A stretch of DNA of 43,731 nucleotides, the filler included, from Jimgerdemannia flammicorona (lineage: Eukaryota): the NCBI GenBank assembly GCA_003990765.1. It is 2 parts of 2 records of this genome, joined end to end, with 100 filler letters (N's around TTAATTAATTAA, not from the genome) between each part and the next. Parts side by side here need not be neighbours in the genome. Positions count along the whole stretch, not along the records: positions 21,919 to 43,731 come from RBNJ01001387.1; 1 more part is not named here. One strand, written 5' to 3'. This document shows, piece by piece, positions 24,109 through 37,602 of this stretch. Within the stretch, counting starts at the first letter, position 1. Every line of letters begins with the position of its first letter. Both the position numbers and the translations under genes were made by a program. The notes below the pieces were generated by a model, which saw only the letters and a program-made list of their open reading frames with translations, made no database searches and was not told the origin of the DNA.

Positions 24109-25520
24109 TGTGACAAACCAAAAACATATCACCCAAATTATAACTTAGCTAGATGATGTGAATACATAGCATAGTAACTAGTAACTATTGCTATGGAAAA
24201 CTGTATAAATAGCCTGACTACCAGATAAGGTATATCTGTATAAGACCTGTACACCTGTGTAAGAACTACACATCTATGCAAGACCTACACATCTGTGCAA
24301 GACTTGTATACTTGCTAATTATAGCAATCTATAATTAGTAACATAGTAACCAGATAGCAACCACAACTGTATAAATTACTCCAGAGATAAGAGTGAATAA
24401 ACCTCAGTCTGAAATACAAATACCAAAGAAACCTCTAAAGATTAAGCATTGGCCCCCTTTCCACTCCAGTCTACTTTCTGATACAAAGCTGAAGATTTGC
24501 TGCCAAGTTTGAGAAAGAACTTTGCCACCTTTTGAAGAAACCTGCTGCATAAGGAATAAGCTACACTATTGATTTGCTTGTCAGATAAGCCTGAATATTT
24601 CTGCTTTTTTCACTATCTTTTGAAGAAACTCACTGCTTAAGGAATATGCTACACTATTGGTTCACTTGTCAGATAAGCCGGAAGATTTCTACCTTTTCTG
24701 CCACCTAAGAGAAAGCCACCTTCCTCAATCCAGTTTCTGATGCAACTTTGCAGTGAATCTATTCATGCAAACAAAGCCAATCTTTGATACAACTTTGCTA
24801 GAAGACTCTTTCCCAAAGGCCACCAGTTATATTTCCCAGTCAAAATTACCATTTTCAAGTTATCTGCATTTCCAGAGAACCTTACTGATTCAGAAAAAAT
24901 CTGTGACCCAAGTTATTTGGTTGTTCCCAGTGAGCCTGGTATAGAAGAACCCACCACCAGTACAATTCTCAGTAAGCTACTAATTCAGAAAGAATCCACA
25001 TCATTCTCTATTCCCAAAGAATTGCTGAGTTGTTATTCCCAGAGGGCCCAATTTAGGAGAATCTATATCAAATCAAGCCATCTGCCCAAAATTGCATACT
25101 TTTGGAGATCAACACCCAAGAAGGAAAACTGCTAAATTTTCAGACTATCATATATAAGGAACTCACCATACTATACAAGAGATCATCATACAGAAATTAT
25201 ATAAGAAAAACTACCAAATTACCAGATTGCTACCCAAGAAAGAAAACAACTAAATTGCCAGATCATCATATATAGAGATCATCATACTATATACAAAATT
25301 CTACCAATTCTCAGATTGACTCAAGAAGAAAAGACATACAAATTACTGCTATATCTAGAGAACCATCCCAATAAGGAAATTACTCACAGATATCCAGTTT
25401 TGACTATTATACTGCTAAACACCAAGAATATTTGCTTTTAACAAAGTAACTGGGGGCTCAAGCCAAACTACATTAACCCCCAACCTTGTAATTTGCCTCC
25501 ATTGAGCCAGGCACATTAAA
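24109..25520 (+). repeat. 5' LTR of Ty3 element 2
   Basis: Colinear with 33061-34952; contains ~19-bp and ~88-bp internal tandem repeats and an extra ~120-bp duplicated segment. Confidence 0.92.
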
Positions 25521-25522
25521 TT

Positions 25523-25540
25523 TGAGAGCTCAACTAGGAA
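25523..25540 (+). promoter_or_regulatory. Degenerate primer-binding site, probably tRNA-Pro
   Basis: TGAGAGCTCAACTAGGAA directly after the LTR differs from the tRNA-Pro PBS TGGGGGCTCGTCCGGGAT mostly by G>A/C>T transitions. Confidence 0.5.
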
Positions 25541-25913
25541 GATCTCAAAATTGACATGACTTTTCATCTCACAAGAACTCACAGCCAAACTGGATATATT
25601 TGATACAACACCAATCTCTGCCATCACTGGAGAACCAGTAATCACCAGCATCTGGATAGGAAGAGAAGTACTCATATCAAGACTTGCCAACTACCCAGCA
25701 TCAGAAGGATCTCAATCAGAACCAGAAACCAGTATAGCCCGAAATATCCAACCAGATCAACCAGACAACACAGGTGGTCCTGTTGGAGATTTTGAAGAAC
25801 TTGCACAAGAACTAGAAGATCTTATTACTCAAGCCCAAGATCTTACAGCCAGATACCCCATACCAGTCCCACCAATCTCACCAATAGAACCTTTATCACC
25901 AGCCTTTGCAGAA

Positions 25914-27960
25914 TTGGAAGTAGCTCCTACAATAAATCCAAGGCTCATTCCACTCCATCAAAGGTCCAAAACACTATCCTCAGGATACTCAAGCTCCTCC
26001 ATCTCCAGTGATAGCTCAGAAAGTAAATCAGAATCAGAATCCAGACCAGAACCAGAATCAGGAGAAAGTGACAATAAAATGGCCACCTCACTGCCAACTT
26101 TTGCAGAATACTCAGAGGAAGACCCCAGAGAATTCCTTTATGGAATTGAAGAAATCACATCTCTGAGAAATCTCTCAGATGAAAGAAAAATCACTATTTA
26201 CAAGGCCTAGCTCAGAGAACCAGCCAGAGAAATTTTCTACCAAACAGCAAATGACCCAAATTCAGAACTGGCAAGACAGATACAAGCAGCAGTATCTTAT
26301 GAGCTAGAATATGTGGTCATGGTCCACTGATTTATTGAAAAGTATGCAAGAAATGAAACCTGCCATAAGACCCAAGAATCTATCATGGGGATGAATATGA
26401 AACTTGGAGAATTGCCCAGAGTCTTCTTCACAAGAATCCAGAAAAGAATGCATGCAGCTGAGTTCAATGCCACTAATCAGGACATTATAGGTCCAATGAC
26501 CTTTATGAATGGGATTCCCCCAAACATTGTCCAGCATGTGCACACCCTAGATATCACAAGGTCTGAAGAGCATGTAAATGCAGCCCAAGGATTCTTTGAT
26601 ATTAGACAAGAAACTATCTAGAGCAATTATGACAAGAAAGAAGATAAAGAAGACATCCTGGTCAAAGCCCTACAAGGACTTCTTCAAGGACAAGAAAGGT
26701 CTAAAGAAAGAAGGCCAGCCAAGGAAGGAAAGAAGGATAGAAGTGAAATCCAAGACCTCAGCTCTAAGTTGGATTGATTGGTTGGATAGATTGAAAAACT
26801 TACTATATGTAAAAATCAGAGCTACAAAGACAACAGAGGATACCTGTCCCAGAGGAGCCAAGGTTATCCACCAAGAGCTAACAGGAGTTATCAGCAAGAG
26901 GAAAGAAGGTACTCTGTCCAAGACAGAGCCAAAGTTGAATTTTTCCACTGTGGATATTTTGGAAACTATGCCACTGAATGTGACAACAAAAGAAGTAACT
27001 AAAAAGACTCAGAACCACCAAACTGAAGGAATGACACTCAGTACCAGAAGACTGAAGCTCATCCTGTTGATGATTTCGAGGAAGCAGGCAAAAGTGAAGA
27101 CTACAGTGATCTAGACTTGTATCCTATCAATGTTACCACTTGGAAAACAGTCTATCCAGCAGAAAAAAGGAAGAGACCTATAGGAAGACTATCCAGGAAT
27201 ATCAGCAGAATAATTATCCAAGAAGAAGATAACGAACATAAAGAAGAGCAGATAGAAATACCTCCCCAGGCCTTCTCACATTTTGTCTCTGAGACAAATG
27301 AGCTGCAATCAGAAGATGAAGAAATGGAACAAGAAGAACAGAAACCTGCTGCCCCAAAGCTCAAGAAGAACTATACCCCAAAGACCATACCCAGAGACAT
27401 CTATAATGAAGTCTGGCAGAAGATTCAAGAAGCCAAGATGGAGGTCCCCCTTCTGCAGTTCCTACAACTGATATCAGCTAGAGTTCAAAACAAATTACTG
27501 AGAACCACTAGGTCTAGCACTAGCCAAGTTCCAATCCCACAACAAGAGTTCACTCCCACACCTATCAAGGCTGCAGAGAGACATGTCAGCACTTACTTAC
27601 ATAGAGACATTGGAGGACAAAAGGCGAAAATCCCCATAGACACAGGAGCAGCTGTCTGTATCATTACTAAATAATTCCTGGATACCCTTCAATGGCCTAT
27701 TAATGGACCATCCAACCTCAGCATCATAGTAGCAGATGGAGCCCGAACTCAACCCCTTGGAGAAGTATGAAACATCACCATCTCTCTTGGACACATTCAG
27801 TTCTCCATCTCAAAAGCTGTTGTCACTGAAGCTATCACCTATGACATGATTCTTGGCACTAACTGGATGAAGGAAATGAATGTGGTTGTTGATATTGGTC
27901 AACAAGTACTCAAGTTCAACTACTGAGGCAAGAAGTACAGATTTAAGGTGACCAGCTATG
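25914..27960 (+). pseudogene. Ty3 element 2 gag (with degenerate CCHC knuckle) and protease
   Basis: LPTF....EDPREFL, FMNGIP, F-H-C-G-Y-F-G-N-Y-A-T-E-C near 26940-26985, KIPIDTGAAVCII, YDMILGTNWM. Confidence 0.82.
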
Positions 27961-29269
27961 AGCAATCAAAGAAGAAAAAGAAGGTTACTATCCAGGAAGA
28001 ATATACTAGCAGTGAAGAATTTACTATAGAAGAGGAAGAAGAATATGAAGATAGAAATGATCCCAGACTCAACCCTGGTGGATGACAGATCAGAAGACAA
28101 TGTATGGGCCAAGAACACTATCCCCATTACTATTGAAGCCATTGCAGGAGAAATCAAAGGATATCCCATCTGCCTCAAGAGACACAAGTGCCCTGAGCAC
28201 TCCTCCAAGATCATTGGGACAAGGAATTTGCCTGGCACAGCCTGCCCTGAGTGCAGAAGGAAGAAGAAGAAATGTAGACATATTCTAGAAACACCTGCAA
28301 CTGAAGCTGCAGAAGTATAAGTAATTTGGGGTCAAGAATCATCTGAGGAAGAAGAAGCTTCTGACTAAGAAGTTCCTGAACAAGAAGTACCTGAAGAAGA
28401 AGAGGTCCCCAAACTCATTCCCTGGGATGACCCTTGCTGGACACTACCTGAAGATAATGTTCCTTGGAATATGAAAGAAGGATCCAGCACAATCCCCATT
28501 ATTCCCAAGAAAGAAACTCACCAAAGAGAGCATTTCGACTGGGAAGTTGTCCACACCAAATGGTCTTCCACTCTCTCTGAGACTACTGCTATCAGTGTCA
28601 TCTGTTGGACCAATAGGAGAGACAGAGACCCTAGAGACCAGAGCCCCTGAATACAGTTGCACAGTCAACTACCTTCCAAGAGGTCACTACTAAGTTGCAA
28701 AGTAGATTCAGAGGACAAGGTCTCTTCACCTGAACAGAAGTCTATCCCTTGTCTACTCTTCTCATAACTTATGATCAAGATGGATACAGATTCCCAAGAC
28801 AATAAGAAATCACCAACCAGGAACATCATTTATAAGCAATGGAATATTGTAATCATGAAAGACACCCAGACTGCCAAGACTGCAAGCATCAGAAGATTCA
28901 TCTCAGTTATGATGTTGCAATCCATACTTTGAAGAGAGAAGATAACTGAAGCCAGATCCAAAAAAGCCAGACCAAAAAGCCAGGAAGAAGGACCCTCAAG
29001 ATCTACAATTTAGGAGAAGACATCCTAGCTCTCATCAGATATACAACCTACCAAGGATGGGTAGAAGATGCCACCAACTTCATGGAAGCCCTAGACCCTA
29101 CAGGAAGAAGAGGAATCAACTATCTCCAAGACCCCTCTACTGAAACCAGTTGGCTACACCTCAACCTCAGAGTCTGGAGGCTCTCTACTAGTAGAGCTTT
29201 AGCCCAAGAACAGCCTGAACTCAGCAAGAATATTGCCCAATATACCCTGCTACATCCAAGGCCAAACCC

Positions 29270-29640
29270 CTGACCAAAGCCCACCCAGAAGATATAGGAT
29301 ATGAGCTTTACAGTCTGGAGGATAAATCCATCAAGCCTGGAAAACATTCATGATCAGAACTGGACTAGCCATACAGCCACCTCCAGAAACCTACATACAA
29401 TTGACCTTAAGGTCTGAACTTGCCAGACAAGGAATAACCATAGAAGAAGGAACCATTGACCCAGAATATATAGGCGAAATCAAGGTTATCCTACACAACT
29501 GCAGTGCAGAAAAGTACTGAATCATTAGAGGACAGAAGATTGCTCAAGCAGTCTTCATGAAGGTCAAGACCCCACAATTACAAGAAGTCTCTGAACTGAT
29601 TGAAGGAATAAGACAAGTCAAAGGATTTGGAAGTTCAGCA
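29270..29640 (+). pseudogene. dUTPase remnant in Ty3 element 2 (not in ORF track)
   Basis: Manual translation: TKAHPEDIGYELYS...QGITIEEGTIDPEYIGEIKVILHN..*..GQKIAQ...RQVKGFGSS. Confidence 0.88.
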
Positions 29641-30219
29641 AAAAGGAAGTACATCTCCTTCAAGTCAACCACCTCAAGAGGAATGTTCTCCAGCAAGTAT
29701 ACTTCCAACTTGTCAAACTGCACATGAATTTTATCCTGGAGCCTGGAGAACAAACCACCTTCAAAATATTTGCACCACCCAACCCCAGAAACCTTTTCTT
29801 TGAACCCAATAAAGATATCCCACACCTGAATATAGTAGGACACACATTTCCTGACAATATGAATCCAGTACACTTCTGAGCAACCAACCAAAGTTGGGAA
29901 ACCATCATCTTGCCAAAATGAACCATCATAGGACATCTGGTGCCTTTTCTCAGCCGAACTCATAGAGAAGTTTATGAACTAAACTTATCAGGAAATGGCA
30001 AAAGGTCACAGAAGAAAGGAAAGGCCCCTCTGTGAACCAGGAGATAGTGAAGCCTTCCACCAACATTGGAGAGAATTGACACCTCAACAACAGCAACAAC
30101 TAGTAGAACTTCTCAACAAATATCAAGATATCTTCACCACTGATTATGGCAACCTGCCATACAATCCATCATATCACCACAGTATAAATACTGGAAATAC
30201 AACACCCATTTGGCAGAAA

Positions 30220-32500
30220 CCCTAAAGAATATCCCATCACTTGAAAACATTCGAAAAAGAGCACATTTAAGAACTCTTAGACAATGGAGTCATCTAACTC
30301 TCTATCAGCCCCTAGGCTAGCCCTATACTTATTGTACCAAAGAAAGGAGGATAGAGACTCTGTGTAGATTACAGGAAACTCAATTCAGTCACCAAAAAGG
30401 ATACCTATCCCTTGCCAAGAATTGATGACCTTTTGGATCAATTACAAGATGCCAGATACTTCAGCAATATGGATCTTTTTGCAGGATTCCATGAGATCCC
30501 CATGGACCCCAAGGACATTCAAAAGACAGCCTTTCTTGCTCTAGGCATACTGTTTGAATACCACTGAATACCTTTTGGACTTTGCAATACACCCCCCACC
30601 TTTCAGAGAATGATGAATTCAGTCTATGCTCCTTTGATCCACCATTGCCTGATTGTATACATGGATGATTCCAACATCTATTCAGCAAATTTGGAGGAAT
30701 ATCTGGAGGAATTCTTCAAGCTCACCTGCAAGAACCACCTGAGACTCAATGCAAAGAAATGCTACTTTGGAAAACAGAAACTTGAATTCCTTAGATTCAT
30801 AGTTTCAAAAGAAGGAACCCACAAAGACCCAAAAAAAACAGAGAAGATCAACAATTGACCAGTATCCAAGAGCTTGAAGAAAACACTATCATTCCTGATG
30901 CTAGTATCCGACTACAGAAGGTTTATCAAGAACTTTGCTCAAATTGCTGCCCCAATCCAAGTCCTGCTCAAGAAAGGAGTGTCATTCAAACAGACATAAT
31001 TACAAGAGAAAGCCTTTAAAGAACTCAAGAACCACATAATGATAGCACCAATCCTTGTGAGCCCCAATTTACAGAAGCCATTCATCTTGTATACAGATGC
31101 TTCCAAAGATGGCCTAGGAGCAGTTCTAGCCCAAGAAGGACCTGTCCAACAACACTATGTGATAGCTTATATAAGTCAAGCTACCAATCAGCAGCAGATG
31201 AACTATGGTAGCACGAAACTGGAATGCCTTGCAGTCATATGGGTGGTCACCCTGTTCAAGCATTATCTCATCAGAAAAAGGTTCACCCTGATCACAGACC
31301 ATGCAGTCCTCAAATGGCTATTTAACTACAAGACACCTATCAGAATCCTAGCCTACTGGATTCTTATCCTCCACGATTACAAATCACCATCATCTACAAA
31401 GCAGAGAAAGCTCACAGCAATGTTGATATACTTTCCCACCAGCCTCAATGAACCAGAAGAAGGGTGTCCCAAAGAACTACACCCTAAAGAAAGCTCTTCA
31501 GACTATCAAGACACAAGAAGATCTCATTCAAAAAGAACATCAGAAAGCCCACCAAGGATAAGCAAACATAGAACAAAAGTTGTGAACAGTATACCAGCAT
31601 TGGCCCAATCTCAGAATATAATTTCAGAACATACTCAAGAAATGTGATATCTGCCAGAAGTATTAGAGAAGAAAGAATTACCAAGCACCACTGCAACCAA
31701 TCATACCACCAGACAACATCTTTCAGAGATAGGGAGTAGACATAATTGGACCCCTACCAGTTACACCAAGAAGAAATAAATATATTCTTATATTTGTAGA
31801 ATATCTAACTAAGTGGCCCAAGGCTTTTCCAATAGAAATCACAGATGCCTTAACCATTGTAGGCCTCCTCCATAGACTCACACTCAGCTATGGACATCTA
31901 TAAGAACTTATCTCTGACTGAGGCACAGAATTCATTAATAACAGAATTATAAGTTATGCATGAATTCACAAGATCCACCTCAAACAAACTACATAATACT
32001 ACCCTCAGACCAATGGTATGACAGAAAGAATGAACCAGACCATTATGAAAGGACTTGCCCAAGTCAATTCTACCAATTGGGACCTCTGCTTACCTGAGAT
32101 CCTATGGGAAATTTGGAATACCCCTGCTGCCTCTACCAAACAAAAGCTATTCAAAATGATGTTCACTAAGAAAACCAGAACTGCTGACCATGAGAACCTC
32201 AGAGATCTCCTCAAAAAGGCAGAACAGTTACATAATCAACCCTGAGGTCGGATTATCAAAATCCAAGAAAGACAAAAGAAGTATTATAACCAGAAACAGA
32301 AGGATCAGGAGATCATGATTGAAGATCAAGTACTAATTTGGAGAAGCATGATTGAAACAAATTTTGCTGCCAAATTGGAACCCAAATGGGAAGGACCTTA
32401 TCTTGTATACAATATCAGAGAAACCAGCATCTATTTAAGAAGCATGGATAGACAAACCCTCAAGACACCAGTATATATCAATTGCCTCAAGATATATCTT
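30220..32500 (+). pseudogene. Ty3 element 2 RT - RNase H - integrase, disrupted
   Basis: LCVDYRKLN, PLPRIDDL, PFGLCNTPPTFQR, YMDD; FILYTDASKDGLGAVLAQ, KLECLAVIW, TDHAVL; YYPQTNGMTERMNQT, KWEGPY. Confidence 0.92.
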
Positions 32501-33060
32501 TCCCCACATCACAAATCAGAGAGTGGACAACTGCCTTCAGACACTTGTCCTCAGCTCCAATCACTGCTAGTTCCCCTACCCCAGTTGTGAGAAGTCAATG
32601 GGAATACTCTTCAGAAAATTCAGATTCATCAAGAGAATCTTATCCTAGCAAGATGATTGTTACAGATCCATCAACATCAGACTCACTATGCAATTGGAGA
32701 ACAATTGCAGAACCTTCTGGCCCCAGAGCAAACATATATCTGAAGTACCACAGGACTATCAAGAAGAGATACCACTGCTGCAGACAGGCTCTATACCCTT
32801 TATAAATATAACCTTATAGTCTTGCTACAAGTACAATTTTTCTGAAGAGATGATGAAGGATGAACCTGGCCACCTACCTGAGCATCATCAATGCTGTTGA
32901 AATTCTGTTCCTAGAAGAAGAAGAAGAACCCTTGGAATGGAGCAACTATAGTATAGATGACAAAGATGATGGAATGGGTATTGATGCAGAAGATGCTTAT
33001 CCACACTGAGATGATGACTGAAGAACAGTCTGGGACAGACTCTTCTTCAGTGGGGGCTGA

Positions 33061-33769
33061 TGTGACAAACCAAAAATATATCACCCAAATTATAACTTAG
33101 CCAGATAATGTGAATACATGGCATAGTATCCAGCAACCATTGCTGTGGAAAACTGTATAAATAGCCAGACTACCAGATAAGGTATATCTGCATACATACA
33201 CCAATCCCATCTGTACAACTCACATCCCCACAACTTACATCCCGACAACTCACTATGTCCTGCTTCTTCTATGACACTCTTATGTCCAGCACAATTATCA
33301 CCTGAGTCCTATGCCAGGAGTCTGACCTATCTGCCCCACTTGCAGTACAGAAGCTCGCAATGCCACAGTTCCAGCCAGCTGTTATCAAGGACTATACCTA
33401 TATTGACATGACCATTGACACACTTACAACTCTGTCACACTCCACCCTAGAGTGGGGCATGTTGGTGGGAGTATACATGTAGACAAGCAGAAAGCATGAG
33501 TTGGAAGAGCGGGAATGGGATTTTGAGGATTTAGTCAGGCACAAGCAGGAGTCATGGCTGGTGTGAATGAATTTGAGACCATGGGTGAGTTCATAAGTGG
33601 GGAGGGGGTGACAAAGGTGTAAGAGGGATGGTGGGTTCAAGGAATAGGCCAGTTTGACTACAGGAAGGGTATTGGAGTGAAATTTGAGAAGGCAGTATTC
33701 AGAATAACCTGTGTTTGATTTCAATGAATATCGCACTTGCAGAATGGACTTTTGGCCTAGAAACAAAGT

Positions 33770-33808
<39 letters not shown>

Positions 33809-34952
33809 TAAGATATATCTGTCTGTACACCTGTGCAAGACCTGCACACCTATGCAAGACTTGCACACTTGCCATAGATAGCAATCTATAATTAGCAACA
33901 TAGTAACCAGATAGCAACCACAACTGTATAAATTACCCCAGTCCAAAATACAAATACCAAAGAAGCCTCTAAAGATTGAGCATTGGTCCCCTTTCCACTC
34001 TGGTCCACTTTCTGATACAAAGCTGAAGATTTGCTGCTAAGTTCAAGGAAGAACTTCACTGCCTTTTGAAGAAACCTGCCACTTAAGGAATAAGCCGCAC
34101 TATTGGTTCACTTGCCAGATAAGCCTGAAGATTTCCACCTTTTTCGCCACCTTTTGAAGAAACCTGCCGCTTAAGGAATAAGCCATGCTATTGGTTCGCT
34201 TGCCAGATAAGCCTGAAGATTTCTGCCTTTTCCACCACCTAAGAGAAAGCTGCCTTGCTCAAGCCAGTTTCTGACACAACTTCACAGTGAATCTGTTCAC
34301 ACAAATGAAGCCAGTCTTTGATGCAACTTTGCCAAGAGACCCTTTCCCAAAAGCTGCCAGTTATATTTCCCAGTCGAAACCGCCATTTTCAAGTTATCTG
34401 CATTCCCAGAGAACCCTGCCAATTCAGGAAGAATCCACGACATCCAAGTTACCCGAGTTATTCGTTTGTTCCCAGTGAGCCTGGTACAGAAGAACCCCCC
34501 GCCAGTATAATTCCCAGTAAGCCGCCGATTCAGGAAGAATCCGCGTCATCCTCTATTCCCAAAGAATCACCGAGTTGTTATTCCCAGAGAGTCCGATTCA
34601 GGAGAATCCACACCAAATCAAGCCATCCGCCCGAAATCGCATACTTTTGGAGATCGATACCCAAGAAGGAAAACTGCTAAATTGCCAGACCGTCACACAC
34701 AGAGATCATCGTGCTACACACGAAATTCTACCAATTCCCAGATTGACCCAAGAAGGAAAGACATACAAATCACTGCTACACCCAGAGAACCATCCCAATA
34801 AGGAAATCACTTGCAGATATCCAGTTTTGACTATTATACCACTAAACACCAAGAATATTTTGTTGCTTTTAACAAAGTAACTGGGGGCTCAAGCCAAACT
34901 ATATCAACCCCCCAACCTTGTAATTTGCCTCCATTGAGCCGGATATGTTACA
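33061..34952 (+). repeat. 3' LTR of Ty3 element 2 (interrupted by a 616-bp insertion)
   Basis: TGTGACA...TGTTACA termini; homologous to 24109-25520. Confidence 0.92.
33191..33806 (+). mobile_element. 5'-truncated poly(A) retroposon (LINE-type) inserted in the 3' LTR
   Basis: 33-nt poly(A) 33774-33806; 15-bp TSD GATAAG(G/A)TATATCTG at 33176-33190 and 33807-33821; empty site present once in the 5' LTR (~24225-24239). Confidence 0.9.
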
Positions 34953-35800
34953 ATATGATAGGAGCAAGTGTCCCATATATCTCTCATAATCAACTTATAT
35001 CTAAGTCATTCTCAAATGATTTTATATAAATAAATGTAAGTCAGTAAGAAACTTCTGTAAAGTTAAGGAAGCCTGAGACCAATAATGACAAAAACTATAC
35101 CAATATTCTCTATTAGCAAGCAGTTGGGTCCATTATATATCTTATGCTAGAAATAAGGTTTAATATTTCATTCACTAAAAATATGATAGTATTGTACTCA
35201 TTATACTATAATAATTTATATTAGAGAACTATTAAGAGGATTTTCAGATATATTAAAGGAATGGTATATGAAATACTAACTCTCAGTAGATTGAGTGAGA
35301 GTAGTGGTAATGGTAACAATGATAAGAATAATAATATACAATTATCCAGTATATATGACACCAATTGAACTAAAGACTTAAATAATTGCCAATTGATGAC
35401 TGGATAATTCTTTTGGTTAAACAAAGGGATTTTATTTTGTCAAATATATAACCAGAGTTCAAGAGTAATGTGATCTATATAAGTGAAATATCAAGCATTA
35501 TCCATAGTAATTAAGGAAGTTATTTGGCTATATCATCTATTATAAAATCTTAGATTCAATTAGAAACACTCAATACTTATTCATCAGAATAACTAGTCTA
35601 TAATTGCTATAGTCAAAAATTCTATTCATCATAGCAGAATAAATAACATTGATATATAATACAATTTTGTAAGAAAATATATAGAAAATGAAACTATATT
35701 CTTAGATTATTTCTCCACAGAGTATATAATTATAGATTTACTTATCAAAGCCCTTCTGGAACCTAAGTTCAAGCAATATACTAAAGAAATAAGTCTTTTG
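34953..35800 (+). mobile_element. Ty1/copia RT-RNase H relic, 3' part
   Basis: QAVGSIIYLML..R (YQxAVGSLMYL..TRPD), YDTN* (SDADW), EYQAL, HHSRI..IDI.YNFVR (HxRTKHIDIxYHFVR), DLLIKAL (ADxLTKAL). Confidence 0.75.
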
Positions 35801-37602
35801 ATAAACTATATATCAGAAATATAACATATGCCAGCAATGGGTAATTATAAGATATTTCATAATAAAAATAAAGCAGAAAAATAATATAATATATCTTTCT
35901 ATATTACTCTCTTTAAGTATTATATTATATTATTATTCACTAGTTCTTATTCTTCTTTTATATGTGAGATATTCTACTTCTAAGATCATCATTTTCATAT
36001 ATATAGAGAGTATTCTTTTAGTCTATTCACAGTCATTTTTCTGTTAATATATACTTAGTTATTATGATATATGGTATAAAATAGAAACAGAAAATAGACA
36101 TTTGATTGCAGTACCTGAATTCTTACAAATAAAAAAATAGAAACTTTACAAATATAGAGATTTTACAGATATAAAGGATCTACACTTGTAAAAAGTGACT
36201 CATAGGAAATATAATCATAACTTAGCCACCTTACAGCTATTAAACTTATATAAATATCCTGGTATCTAGAGTGAATAAACGTCAGGTCAAAAGAGTTTGA
36301 GACTCATTCTGATAGTCTGATAATGAGATCAGACAGATACCACTTGTGACTCTGAGGAGTCAAGAAAAGCAATGGAAATCTGCTGCATTTATCTGGTTAT
36401 GAACCTGCTATGTTATATTATATTATATTCTGGCATATTATCTTATTTAGATAGATTGTTAAAATTCTTATTATTATATATCTTAATAATGTGACTTTAT
36501 ATAACTATGTTATTTTTGAGTTATGTCACTTGATATATATAAATATAAGTAAGCTGCTGTTCTTCTTTACTCTCTATATCTACTTTTTATTTATAATAAA
36601 TATAAATAAAAAAAAATTACAATAAGTATATATATTTGAATATTTTTTATACATTAAAAATATATATATATATATTATTTACAATATAGGTCAAAGCTTC
36701 TACTAATAAGACTAATTATTAAATATAGAAATTTTAACAATATATCTAATATCTTTTATTACTTTTTCTTCAAGAAATAGTTATATATATTATATAGTTT
36801 AAGTAGAATTTAGCTTACAAATAGAATAAGAGTAGAAGTTAAGAAACTAAAATTTGAATAATGGCTAAAATAAAGATAAAATCTAAATAAAGTATTTTTT
36901 TTTAAAAGTACTTCTTTTCTAACTTTATATCTTATAATTTAGAATAGCTTACATTGCTCTTCAGATAATATCTGTTCCAGAAAATAGAATTATCTCTCTT
37001 TTACTACTTTTATTTTATAACTACTATTGTCTGATTTTATTACTTATCTTCTGTCACCTATCATCTTTTATTATTCTTTGAATTATACCTCTATAGTCTG
37101 ATGTACTAATAGGTAGATATAAAGTAGGAAATATATATTATATATTTATCAATAGTATATAAACAGATACTATATATATTTCAAATATTATATTTGTTAG
37201 ATTGAATATTTTAATACTTACTAATTTATATAAAACATATTATATAATATATATTTATAGCTATTACAATATATATGATAACTGGACAGAATATCCATAA
37301 ATGATATAAATCTACCACTATTTACACTATATAATATAGTTCAAATAATTCAACAATTATAGATTAGAGATTCAATAAGTGAAATTAATAGAATTTCTAT
37401 AGGAAATCAGACTTGTTCAATAAGGTCCTCAAGTTATTATATAAGCTCATTAAAAACTCTAATAGAGCTACTTATATAATCTAATTGATCTGGTTAATCT
37501 AGCACTAAGTCTATTGATACTGGTTGGAGATTCTATACTATACTGACTTCTGGTTAGGATCCTTCTATTAGATAAGGCCAAGTTTGAAAAAGTGAAACAG
37601 TA

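Larger units (their letters stand above)
24109..34952 (+). mobile_element. Ty3/gypsy LTR retrotransposon 2 (gag-PR-dUTPase-RT-RH-IN), structurally complete but decayed
   Basis: Paired LTRs 24109-25520 and 33061-34952 starting TGTGACA; 4-bp TSD ATAT (24105-24108 / 34953-34956); purine-rich AGTGGGGG before the 3' LTR; PR IDTGA, RT YMDD, RH TDAS, IN WEGPY. Confidence 0.93.

Noticed and set aside
34318..34880. ORFs inside the Ty3-2 LTRs (also 24753-25135)
   Set aside because: Similarity between copies is explained by LTR duplication; no domain and frames not conserved.
36700..37560. Possible MULE-type transposase relic (SWIM-like remnant near 37275-37320, minus strand)
   Set aside because: Too eroded to support; only one weak motif resemblance.
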